Virus record (IMG/VR): IMGVR_UViG_3300044655_001643
Reading direction: 5' to 3' (one strand)
Length of the DNA stretch: 64,000 nucleotides
From: a virus
The position numbers and the translations under genes are program-made. Below the pieces are notes generated by a model. It was given only the letters and a program-made list of their open reading frames with translations, had not been told where the DNA came from and made no database searches. Below, piece by piece: positions 40,903 to 49,355 of this stretch; position 1 is the first letter of the stretch; each line of letters starts with the position of its first letter.

Positions 40903-43047
40903 ATGGCTTCATTTACAGACTTAGTTCGTGCCCAAAGACAATCAGGTAAAAGTGTAGTTACTTCATTGTCTGGCGCATACAATCAAATGAATATGCAAAA
41001 ATATGATCCTCGAAATGCTTTGTTTAGCAGAGGAGGACTTATGACTGCTTTATTTCCCGAACTAAAAGGATATCAAGCCACGGCATCAAATCGTTCACCA
41101 TCTTCATTGATGGCGCAGCAAGCAGGATCTTCACCGACAGCATTGAGTTCTATAGCACGTGATGCAAGAATTAGCGCCAGAAATTCTATGGCTTTACCAT
41201 CAATCGCCCGTAACATGGCACAACTGGTTCGTATATGGGGCGGAACACCAGCAAAGTATTTTGAAAGAGCAGGACAAAGAGAAGCAGCATATGAATCAAA
41301 GTATAGCACTGGAAGAAAAGGTATGCCTGGTTTAGGCAAATCTTCTGCTGGTGGTGGTTTCAACTTACTTGGTATGTTAGGTGGTATTGGAAGTGCTGCG
41401 GGAAGTTTACTTGGTAGCGCAGGAAGTATTATTGGGTCCATACTCGGTGGAATTGGAAGTTTAGTTGGAGGTGCATTTCGTGGCATATTTGGTGTATTAG
41501 GGGGTGCATTAGGTAATATGGGTTTCATGGGAGTAGTTCTTGCTGGTGTTGTTGGATTTGCCCTCTACTCTCTTTATAAGTCACTTGATTTCTCAAAATT
41601 AGGAGGCGGCATAGGTGAATCTTTGAGTGCAATCAAAGAAACTCTATCTGGTTTGTCTAAAGAACTTGGATTGAATACATTTATTGAGAATGCTCAAAAG
41701 ATATTCAAAAGCACGACCGATAAAATCGTGGCAGCATTAGAAACTTCTCTAAGTCTTTTTCGAGATTTAGGAACAGCAGTCATGAAAGATATGTATGGCT
41801 TCATGATAAATTTATTTCAAGAAAATAAAGGTAAAATTCTTGGAATGATTGCGATTGGTGCGATGGGTGCGTTAGGAGGATTTAGTACACTTTCTGGCGC
41901 CGCAGTTTCTATGGCAATTGCAGCAGCAATGGCAGCATATGGTAAAATGACAGGAGAGAAATCTATTGAAGAAGCTCGGTCAGAAAATGAAGCCTTGAAA
42001 CTTGAATTGCAAAAAACAATGAAAGAGGGTAAACAAGTTCCAACTTATGATGCTTTGGGAAATGTAACAGGATATACAACAGCAGGTCAGAGAGCAAGTG
42101 ATATAGAAAGTAAAATAAGAGAAAATGAAGAATTTATCAGACAGAAAGAATTGAGAACAAGTAACACACAAGGTGTAATAAATCGAATGACATCTGCTGA
42201 CATCGGATTAGAATATGATAGAAGATTGGCCGAAAGACAAGCACAAGGTTCACCAACTCCTGCAGGAGCAGCATCATACAGTTACGATAAGAAAATTACT
42301 TTCAATAGTCTGACTAGAGCGCAACAAAATCAACTAATGGAAGAACAAGCAAAACGAGAAGGCTCAACTAAACCTGGTACGGTTGGTTTCAGACATAATA
42401 ATCCTGGTAATATTATAGCAAAAAGTCGCACTGAAGTTTATCCAGAACAAGCAAAGTTTGGAGGTGTTCCTGGTGAAACAATTACGCATGAAGGTGTTAC
42501 AAGAACTTTTGTGAGATTTCCTAATTGGCAAGCTGGTTGGGAAGCACAGAGAGATTTGTGGTCCAGAAAATATGGAAATATGGACTTACAACTAGCAATC
42601 AAGAAATGGGTAAATCCATCTGCATCTGAAATGGCTTCTGGCGCATATGGAAACTATGAACGTTCTTTGATGAAAGTTGCTGGCGCCACTGGAACGCCAG
42701 AACAACCAATCGCATCGGCAGAAAAACCAAAACCAAGTCCAGCACCCGGTGCGCCAGCAGCTAAAACGAGTATGTCAGATGGTGTTGCTTCGCTTGCATA
42801 CGAACAAATAACTGCATTGGATAGAATGATGGGTGGAAAATTGATGCAAGGTTCAACAGCACTTGCAGATATGTTGAGAGATATAACAAGAGAGTTTATG
42901 AACAATCCTACTCTTGTTGATAACTCACAAACTATAAACAATAACTCACAATCAGCATCAGGTTCAAGTTATCACATTCCATCAGCATATAACTCTGACG
43001 CTACAAATCTTTTAGTGGATAGAGCAACATCTAGTTATTATGGTTGA
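40903..43047 (+). CDS. Tape-measure-like protein (gp29 position) with lysozyme-like domain
   Basis: Gly-rich hydrophobic helices and coiled coil; RHNNPGNI...F.....G motif; follows gp26-gp51. Confidence 0.6.
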   Translation: MASFTDLVRAQRQSGKSVVTSLSGAYNQMNMQKYDPRNALFSRGGLMTALFPELKGYQATASNRSPSSLMAQQAGSSPTALSSIARDARISARNSMALPSIARNMAQLVRIWGGTPAKYFERAGQREAAYESKYSTGRKGMPGLGKSSAGGGFNLLGMLGGIGSAAGSLLGSAGSIIGSILGGIGSLVGGAFRGIFGVLGGALGNMGFMGVVLAGVVGFALYSLYKSLDFSKLGGGIGESLSAIKETLSGLSKELGLNTFIENAQKIFKSTTDKIVAALETSLSLFRDLGTAVMKDMYGFMINLFQENKGKILGMIAIGAMGALGGFSTLSGAAVSMAIAAAMAAYGKMTGEKSIEEARSENEALKLELQKTMKEGKQVPTYDALGNVTGYTTAGQRASDIESKIRENEEFIRQKELRTSNTQGVINRMTSADIGLEYDRRLAERQAQGSPTPAGAASYSYDKKITFNSLTRAQQNQLMEEQAKREGSTKPGTVGFRHNNPGNIIAKSRTEVYPEQAKFGGVPGETITHEGVTRTFVRFPNWQAGWEAQRDLWSRKYGNMDLQLAIKKWVNPSASEMASGAYGNYERSLMKVAGATGTPEQPIASAEKPKPSPAPGAPAAKTSMSDGVASLAYEQITALDRMMGGKLMQGSTALADMLRDITREFMNNPTLVDNSQTINNNSQSASGSSYHIPSAYNSDATNLLVDRATSSYYG

Positions 43048-43048
43048 C

Positions 43049-43076
43049 AAAAAAACGCCACCCGAAGGTGGCGTCA
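43049..43076 (-). terminator. Intrinsic terminator with cUUCGg tetraloop after gp32
   Basis: Minus strand GACGCCACC-TTCG-GGTGGCGT followed by a T run, at a convergent junction. Confidence 0.9.
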
Positions 43077-43082
43077 CAATCA

Positions 43083-43946
43083 TCAATCTTCTGCTAGAGA
43101 CTTGAAGTAATCAAGTTCTTCATCATCAATATCTGCTGATGGTTTAGGAACAAAGTTCTCATCAATAGCCTTAGTCTTTGATACTGGTGCTGCACCATCA
43201 AGACCTAAGACTTTATCAAGTTTTGCTTTCAACACATCATAAGATTTGAAGTTCTTTGGATCAAGAAACTCTTTGAGTGAGTGTTGCTTTTTCCACAGTG
43301 CTTCAAGTTTTGCATCATCACCATCAAGCAATGCTGAAGGAGAATCAAACTCAGACTTGTCATAGTTGCGATAACCTTCAACTTGACGAATCTTGATTTT
43401 GAAGTTAGCACCTTCCCAGAAATCAAAAGGATTGATTGCCTTTTCATCTTCGAATTCTGGATTCATTGCTTCTGTAATCTTATCAAAGATTTTCTTGCCA
43501 AACTTGTAAAGACGAATCTGTCCTTCATTATCTGGATTCTTTGGATCAGAAACAATGTAAACATTAGTCACATAATGTAAACGGCGTTTTTGTTTACGTG
43601 CAATCTCTTTGTTTGCTTCAATGCCTGAGTTCCACAAAACAGAGTTATGCTCCGAAACTGGATCTTTTTGATTGAGTGTTGTCAAAGAGTTTTCAATGTA
43701 CCAACCACCGGGACCTTGAAAGCCATGATCAAAGATACGTACCCAAGGAAGTCCATCATCACCATCTACTGCTGGAGCAGGAAGGAAACGAACAACAGCC
43801 ATGCCGTTACCTGCTTTGTCAACCTCTGGTGTCCAGAAACGATCATCGCCTCTTGAACCAGATTCTGTGTTTGTATTGATTGATTCAACCGCTTTGGTGA
43901 GTTTCTCGAATGAGTTGCGGTTATTGCGTAGTTTAGAAAAGTCCAT
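43083..43946 (-). CDS. gp32: Single-stranded DNA-binding protein gp32
   Basis: DDRFW.P.VDKAGNG.AVVRFLPAP...HGFQGPGGWYIENSLTT; acidic tail YFKSLAED. Confidence 0.96.
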   Translation of the reverse strand: MDFSKLRNNRNSFEKLTKAVESINTNTESGSRGDDRFWTPEVDKAGNGMAVVRFLPAPAVDGDDGLPWVRIFDHGFQGPGGWYIENSLTTLNQKDPVSEHNSVLWNSGIEANKEIARKQKRRLHYVTNVYIVSDPKNPDNEGQIRLYKFGKKIFDKITEAMNPEFEDEKAINPFDFWEGANFKIKIRQVEGYRNYDKSEFDSPSALLDGDDAKLEALWKKQHSLKEFLDPKNFKSYDVLKAKLDKVLGLDGAAPVSKTKAIDENFVPKPSADIDDEELDYFKSLAED

Positions 43947-43969
43947 ATATTACCTCGTATGTAAAAGTG

Positions 43970-44515
43970 TTAGATTGTATGTGCATCTTGTCCACATGAT
44001 TCATTATATACACTTATATATGTATCGTCAAGAACCGATTGCACAATTTTTATCGTTTCTGCGGTATCTCTGTGAAGAATACCAATACCACCGGCATGAT
44101 TGAAGTCATCGATTACATCCGTTGTATCATCAATCAGAATTACATCAGACTTTGCGTAGTCTGCTTTGAGATGACGACCGGGCACGATATTAGCCTTGAA
44201 GTCAATGTTATGTTGTTTCAGCCAAACTTTCTTTTGCTTCTTTACTTCTTCGTGATGCATTTTACCACCAGACGATGAAAGAATCTCAATCGGTATATCA
44301 AGTGAGAGAACAAACTTCAACAACTCTTTACCACCAGGATACCAATCAAGTGTTTCAAAGTTTTTACCGTCCACAAATCGATTCCAATTGTCATCGTGTT
44401 TTTCACCTCGTTCACGGCTGCTTGATGCTGCTCGTTTGAACATCTCTTTGTATCGTTTATTGAAATCAGACAACACACCATCCATGTCAAGATAAATTTT
44501 CTGTATTCGCATCAT
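43970..44515 (-). CDS. HAD-family 5'(3')-deoxyribonucleotidase-like
   Basis: IYLDMDGVL motif I; ILSS; K...A; LIDD motif IV. Confidence 0.85.
   Translation of the reverse strand: MMRIQKIYLDMDGVLSDFNKRYKEMFKRAASSSRERGEKHDDNWNRFVDGKNFETLDWYPGGKELLKFVLSLDIPIEILSSSGGKMHHEEVKKQKKVWLKQHNIDFKANIVPGRHLKADYAKSDVILIDDTTDVIDDFNHAGGIGILHRDTAETIKIVQSVLDDTYISVYNESCGQDAHTI
44003..44031 (-). promoter_or_regulatory. Sigma70 promoter for gp32 (TTGACG-17-TATAAT)
   Basis: Near-consensus hexamers with a 17-nt spacer inside the 3' end of the HAD gene. Confidence 0.75.
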
Positions 44516-45098
44516 ATTCCTTTTTCAGTATAAGTTTATATTTCGTTGGTTCGAAATTTATGAACGGAGTGTACTTCTTTATTGTTCGGCTGATCTTTGG
44601 AAAATGAATCGTATCTTCAATCTTCACATCCCATTTGGGCAAAAAGTTCAGTATGCTATTCAATACACAAATCGTTTCAATTGATACATCACCATGCAAC
44701 ATATTGTGTAGTAACTTAGGATACTGAGTATCTACCACTGTCAGATTATCATTTGGATTACCATCAAATAAAAAATCTTTGACTTCATTAGTAAAATGAT
44801 ATGTCAGTGCTTGGATTATTTTTTGTCTTTTCCGATACTGAATGTCTGATTCTTCTGTCAATAGATGTCCAATCCAAACATTAGAATCATGCACAAGATT
44901 AGCAACGATAAAATCACGACCTTGTTCAGCATTTGAGAATCGCCGACTCAATTTGTAAAAATGATATTTGTCTTTTCGATTCTCAAAGGCATCTATGCTC
45001 GTACTAGTCTTACCATTATATCGAAAGTAATCGTAAGAATCGGAATTGAAGTGAAGTTTGAGAGAATGAAATAAACAGAATGCTTCATATCCAGTCAT
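44487..45098 (-). CDS. gp59: Helicase loader gp59
   Basis: LKLHF....YDYF.Y.GK......F..RKDKY.F.KLS; order 33-59-32. Confidence 0.9.
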   Translation of the reverse strand: MTGYEAFCLFHSLKLHFNSDSYDYFRYNGKTSTSIDAFENRKDKYHFYKLSRRFSNAEQGRDFIVANLVHDSNVWIGHLLTEESDIQYRKRQKIIQALTYHFTNEVKDFLFDGNPNDNLTVVDTQYPKLLHNMLHGDVSIETICVLNSILNFLPKWDVKIEDTIHFPKISRTIKKYTPFINFEPTKYKLILKKEYDANTENLS

Positions 45099-45319
45099 AT
45101 GGGTAAACGATTACCTTTTCCTTTTAGCATGTTCAAACTTTCTGCTTGTTCTTGAATTTTTGCTTTGAGATTTGGCGTAATCAAAGTAGCAGCAACTTCA
45201 ACCTCCAAACCAGTTTCTTTGCAGTGTTCACCAATAGCCTCAAGATATGTGTAATCTGTATTGGCTACCAGTTGTTCAATGCCCAAAGAAAACTTTAGCA
45301 TTTCCTCTTTAGTCGGCAT
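45095..45319 (-). CDS. gp33: Late transcription coactivator gp33
   Basis: FS..IE.LV.....YLEAI..HC...GLE.E..A.LI..NLK.KI..QA..LNML. Confidence 0.88.
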   Translation of the reverse strand: MPTKEEMLKFSLGIEQLVANTDYTYLEAIGEHCKETGLEVEVAATLITPNLKAKIQEQAESLNMLKGKGNRLPI

Positions 45320-45714
45320 TACGCACCATTTGGGCTACCAAAGCGCAAGTCATAAGTAGCACCGCCGACTGTGCCTGGCATTGCAAATGTCACAGGTTCT
45401 TTTGCTTGCGGTGGAATTGTATCATTCACTGTTGCACTGAATGGCCAGTTGTTGTTTGGAATATTTTCGAAACTAAAATCTGGTGCATCATCTAATACCA
45501 AATAGTCATCTGTTCCCACATATACATCTTCGTGTTCAGAAGGCACAACTTGAATCTGTCCATCGATTTCGTAACCACAACCTCTTAGAAAGTCTCTCAT
45601 TTGATTGAGAATGTCATCAAGAAATAATTCATTAAAGTTCATTTCAAGACTTCTATTGCCATCATTTGAATCGAATCGAATTGTAAAGTTATGAGTGTCG
45701 TTATCAAAATCCAT
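45319..45714 (-). CDS. Hypothetical acidic protein
   Basis: 131 aa, SD GGAG; L.DIL....DFLRGCGY motif. Confidence 0.6.
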   Translation of the reverse strand: MDFDNDTHNFTIRFDSNDGNRSLEMNFNELFLDDILNQMRDFLRGCGYEIDGQIQVVPSEHEDVYVGTDDYLVLDDAPDFSFENIPNNNWPFSATVNDTIPPQAKEPVTFAMPGTVGGATYDLRFGSPNGA

Positions 45715-45730
45715 AATATATCTCCCGTTT

Positions 45731-45988
45731 TTATTTGCGTGTTGAGGCGTGTGCTACACAAACGATATCATCACTGTGAGCATAAGAACATCTTACTGAC
45801 AATGGATCAATACCTTTTGCAATAGCGTTTTCAATATTTGCTGCCATAAGTTTTCGGTCATTCAAACCATAGATACAAATCGCAACAATGACTGAAAGTA
45901 AAATCACTGTGATTGATATTGTGACTGTACTATTCAATCCCTTTTCCATAACAATCTCCCTTTCTTTTTTGCTTGATAAAATACTCAT
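45731..45988 (-). CDS. Small membrane protein downstream of SleB
   Basis: One TM segment; AIAKGIDPL.VRC. Confidence 0.6.
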   Translation of the reverse strand: MSILSSKKEREIVMEKGLNSTVTISITVILLSVIVAICIYGLNDRKLMAANIENAIAKGIDPLSVRCSYAHSDDIVCVAHASTRK

Positions 45989-46539
45989 GATGCCTTTCTA
46001 CTTACCTTGTTGTAAAATAAATGTCTACCTATTTGTGCTGTATACTTCATATTATTCCAACCAGGTTTCACATAATCTGCATGAAAGAATAAAGCACCTC
46101 TAGTTGGATCTTTGAACTTTTCAGTATAAAGATAGAACGACAACGCTAGTTCAGTTACTTTATTATATAACGAATTGTTCTCAATTGTCAAGAGTCCTTT
46201 TCTCATCATATCCTTTGGACGATTTTCACATACCCATGAGAACTGACAAACTGTGCCGACTTTTTGTTTTACTACACCACAATATGTGTCTGGAAAAACT
46301 CCAGATTGCATTCTATTGTGTGTAACAAATGCTACGGCAATTTGGCCGAGTCTTGGTTCTAGACCGGCTTCGAAATACATGTTCTGTGCAAGACATTCAA
46401 CTTCCGATCTTGCTTGTGGTGATAAATCTTCTAGTTGAATTTTCGGTTCAACTGGTATGTTTATTTGTGCTGCTGCATGACCAACATAAACAACAAATGC
46501 TGCAAATATACTACAAAGTAATAGTGTGATGTAACGCAT
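45985..46539 (-). CDS. SleB/Hydrolase_2 cell-wall hydrolase with N-terminal signal
   Basis: CLAQNMYFEA..EP..GQIAVA.V..NR...CQFSW...DPT.GALFFHADYV.P.W...IGRH.FY. Confidence 0.92.
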   Translation of the reverse strand: MRYITLLLCSIFAAFVVYVGHAAAQINIPVEPKIQLEDLSPQARSEVECLAQNMYFEAGLEPRLGQIAVAFVTHNRMQSGVFPDTYCGVVKQKVGTVCQFSWVCENRPKDMMRKGLLTIENNSLYNKVTELALSFYLYTEKFKDPTRGALFFHADYVKPGWNNMKYTAQIGRHLFYNKVSRKAS

Positions 46540-46585
46540 AGTTTCTCCTATAAGTTAGGAGTGTGCCGAAGCACACTCGGTCCCA

Positions 46586-46858
46586 TCAGGCAGATTTTTT
46601 GCTCTGTGATTTTTCTGCTGTAATGTTTGAAACGAATCCATTCAAGGACTGTGCCTTGGTAATGATGTCGCTTTCTGAGGGATAAGTTGGAAAGGCTGGA
46701 TGTTCAGGTATTGCTTGTCCGTTTAGTTTAGCGGACTCTACCTTTACGTGCCATTCATTGGTTAGGCGATCTTTGTTAGAGTGATACTCTTCTAACAATA
46801 ATTCTTTCGCCATTTTTAGAAGTTCAAGACGAATCTCAAACGGTGTCAGATTACTCAT
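46586..46858 (-). CDS. Conserved small phage protein (PFEIRLELLKMAK)
   Basis: Strong SD and late promoter ACTAAATA at 46916..46923. Confidence 0.7.
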   Translation of the reverse strand: MSNLTPFEIRLELLKMAKELLLEEYHSNKDRLTNEWHVKVESAKLNGQAIPEHPAFPTYPSESDIITKAQSLNGFVSNITAEKSQSKKSA

Positions 46859-46935
46859 TTACTTCTCCTGTGTTGTGTGTGTTTACTGGCGAAGTGTGTG
46901 TGATGCCAGTACATATATTTAGTGATTTTATTTGT

Positions 46936-47604
46936 TCAATCCCACAAGTTCCTGTAGTATTTGCCAAACAAACGTAGACCATTATCTATACGCTCATATA
47001 CCTTGCGTAAACCGTCATAGTCACAAACATATGTGTGATTAGGTCCATATTCCATGGCAGACAAGTGTGGATTATCTTCATTCTTGACAAACTTATAATC
47101 TATTTCACCCGAACTATATTCTTGCTCCCATGAATCATCAACAAGATGCTCAAAGGCAAAAATCATTTCATCAAGTACCCAATTCCAACGAGCATGAATA
47201 TCTGCTTCACCTTCTTTGATTTCATGTTTATGGTAAAAATCAAATGTGGATTGTGAATCATAATCTTCGGTTGTTGTGTAACGAAGGTGTTCTGGTACAT
47301 CTTCTAAATCAACAAAGCCAGAACCGTGTTTTGTTTCCCTAAGTTTCTTCAACATCGGAAGAATGATTGGTGAGAGTGTGTGATCCATATTCCACACATC
47401 CCAATAATCAATCTTGACATATTGAATTCGTGGATGAACAAAGTCAAGAAACTTCATCCATGCACTAGAAAACGGATGAAGAATATCTGAGAGTTTTTTG
47501 ATGATAGGTTCATCATAATCAATTTCACGCCAAAAGAAAACTTTCTCCAGTATTGTATATGGTGAGAGCCAATGATTACGATACTTTGACGAATAAACTT
47601 TCAT
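46936..47604 (-). CDS. Hypothetical protein (start corrected to MKVYSSK)
   Basis: SD AGGA before ATG 47604; DVWNMDHTL..II.PML...W.WVLDEMIFAF...GL.LFGKYYRNLWD. Confidence 0.7.
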   Translation of the reverse strand: MKVYSSKYRNHWLSPYTILEKVFFWREIDYDEPIIKKLSDILHPFSSAWMKFLDFVHPRIQYVKIDYWDVWNMDHTLSPIILPMLKKLRETKHGSGFVDLEDVPEHLRYTTTEDYDSQSTFDFYHKHEIKEGEADIHARWNWVLDEMIFAFEHLVDDSWEQEYSSGEIDYKFVKNEDNPHLSAMEYGPNHTYVCDYDGLRKVYERIDNGLRLFGKYYRNLWD

Positions 47605-47621
47605 AATATATTCCTGAATAA

Positions 47622-47990
47622 GTGGTGGTTTTTTGGCACTAGTCCGGGTGATGCCACCAAACCCACAATTGGTGCCGACTGATTGGATAATAAGGACAGT
47701 CGGCGAAACCTCATCTAGCAATTTAGGCTGCTAGAGCGTAACTTTCATCGTTTGCAGTTACTATTTTTGCTCGGATTACGTCCGTCGCCTTTCGTGTTGC
47801 CTTCTCCACTATCTCATCCTGTCGAAACCATGTCTGGCCCATCAGAAGTGTCCTGCTGTTCACAGGTCGGGAATTCCAATCCTCAGAGTCTTGTTAAACT
47901 CTTACATATCACCCTAAACAACACTTCTGGTGGACCAGGTGGGAGTCGAACCCACGTCCAGAATGCCTTCACTTTGAAGGGATTACAACA
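47622..47990 (-). ncRNA. ssrA: Circularly permuted (two-piece) tmRNA, tag ANDESYALAA
   Basis: Minus strand: acceptor piece ...CATTCTG-GAC-GTGGG-TTCGACT-CCCAC-CTGGTCC-ACCA ending at 47928; 87-nt intervening segment; coding piece starting GGGCCAG-ACATGGTTTCGAC at 47840; tag frame GCA AAC GAT GAA AGT TAC GCT CTA GCA GCC TAA at 47755..47723. Outer ends are approximate. Confidence 0.93.
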
Positions 47991-48139
47991 ATTCCTTCCT
48001 CTTTCATTATTGCATTGAACTCATTTCTTTTGTGGGCATACCAGCCCCATGAACCAAAAAATGTAGTGCCTGGATTCGGACCACATTCTCTCAAATAATT
48101 ATCGAGTCTTTTGTAATATTCTTTTTCACTTATTTCCAT
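47969..48139 (-). CDS. Small 56-aa hypothetical protein overlapping the tmRNA acceptor piece
   Basis: Manual translation MEISEKEYYKRLDNYLRECGPNPGTTFFGSWGWYAHKRNEFNAIMKEEGIVVIPSK; GGAG SD at the upstream gene's stop. Confidence 0.6.
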   Translation of the reverse strand: MEISEKEYYKRLDNYLRECGPNPGTTFFGSWGWYAHKRNEFNAIMKEEGIVVIPSK

Positions 48140-48141
48140 TA

Positions 48142-48672
48142 TCACTCCGTCGTAAATCTAGATGAACTCTTAGTTGTTCTTCCGGGTTTCAACGGCTTGT
48201 CTGACTTCGGTTTCATTTCTGTTTGAAATGGTGCATGTGCTTTATTGAAAGCCATTTTACCTACGTTCTCTGTCTTGCCGTGTCCTGGAAAACCTGTTTT
48301 GTTTGTTCCATGTAAGGTTGCTGTTTTTCCATCATGATGTAAGATTGAGTCTTGGTTATAATGTTCTCCATGTTTTTTAATATCATGGAGGAGTTGTTTG
48401 CCGTGTTCATCTCCTTTTCCTTTAGCATGTACCAATATAGACTTTTCTTTGCCACCTTCCCAATGACCTTCTACTTCTTTATGGGCATAACCCTGCGCCG
48501 TTAGTTTCTTTTTCAACTCTTCGTGATGCTTTTTATTTTCTTCTGGAGACACCTCACTATGTGGTCGTTGTGAGGAAAGAACTGCATAATGTCTACCTTC
48601 TTCGGCATGTTTTTGCAGTCTGGCAAGAGGATTACCCTCATCTAATTGTTTGTGTTGTTTGAATGATAGCAT
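48142..48672 (-). CDS. His/Lys-rich late protein, probable internal head protein
   Basis: N-terminal MLSFKQHKQLDE resembles T4-like capsid-targeting leaders; late promoter GATAAATA at 48695..48702. Confidence 0.6.
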   Translation of the reverse strand: MLSFKQHKQLDEGNPLARLQKHAEEGRHYAVLSSQRPHSEVSPEENKKHHEELKKKLTAQGYAHKEVEGHWEGGKEKSILVHAKGKGDEHGKQLLHDIKKHGEHYNQDSILHHDGKTATLHGTNKTGFPGHGKTENVGKMAFNKAHAPFQTEMKPKSDKPLKPGRTTKSSSRFTTE

Positions 48673-48687
48673 GACGCCTCCAAATTG

Positions 48688-49353
48688 TCAAGCATATTTA
48701 TCAACATAAACTAATAATGGTTGCCGATAATCATGTATCTGTTTTTCAAAAATTTGTGCTGGACCTTCTTCAGTAGCAATCACCACCACAATATCATCAA
48801 TCCAAATGCCAGTTCGTTCAGCAAACATCAAAGCATATGCTGTACACTGCATAAAGTAGTTCTGAATATCTTCTTCATCTTTTTGTTTGGTCGATGTTTT
48901 GAAATCAATGACTGATAACTTACCATCCCATTCAGCAATCAAGTCAACTCGACCAGCGATTCTGTATTTGTCAGAATATAGGGCTTGCTCTTGTGCATAG
49001 ACTTTGCCAACGCATTCATCAATATCTGGCTTGATTTTGAAGAATAGTTCCTTCATATCAGGCATCAACATTTGCATCTTCATTTCGGATATCTCATTGT
49101 TGATGTAATCTTCACAAATCTTATGCACTTTCGTACCACGACTTGCTGCCTTACGTGACACTTTGTTGGCCTGTTCTTCACCAACAGCCTGGCGCCATTC
49201 ATAGATGGCTTTCTTATTATAATTTGAAAGTACCGTAGTGATAGACTTATACTTATTGCCTTCTGGTGTAGTATAGAGTCTACCACTATCGGTAGTTTCG
49301 GCGTTTAGATCGAATTGGAGTTGCGGCAAATTTACATGTTCAAATATTCGCAT
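48688..49353 (-). CDS. PD-(D/E)XK exonuclease
   Basis: Y.SITTVL...RGT.VH..CE...AGRVDLIAE....SVIDFKTS...YFMQ..AYA.MF.E. Confidence 0.88.
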   Translation of the reverse strand: MRIFEHVNLPQLQFDLNAETTDSGRLYTTPEGNKYKSITTVLSNYNKKAIYEWRQAVGEEQANKVSRKAASRGTKVHKICEDYINNEISEMKMQMLMPDMKELFFKIKPDIDECVGKVYAQEQALYSDKYRIAGRVDLIAEWDGKLSVIDFKTSTKQKDEEDIQNYFMQCTAYALMFAERTGIWIDDIVVVIATEEGPAQIFEKQIHDYRQPLLVYVDKYA

Positions 49354-49355
49354 TA

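Noticed and set aside
47841-47927. Hammerhead ribozyme in the tmRNA intervening segment (CTGAGGA)
   Set aside because: No GAAA after a convincing stem II and no stem III.
47928-47968. Stand-alone tRNA gene
   Set aside because: Has a T-arm and CCA but no D or anticodon arm upstream; its acceptor partner lies downstream, so it belongs to the permuted tmRNA.
47605-48018. ORF 47752..48018(+) and the N-terminal extension of 46936..47721
   Set aside because: They overlap the tmRNA; a better SD-supported start exists at 47604.
48688-49353. Cas4/CRISPR function
   Set aside because: No Fe-S cysteine set, cas genes or array; this is an ordinary T4-like exonuclease.
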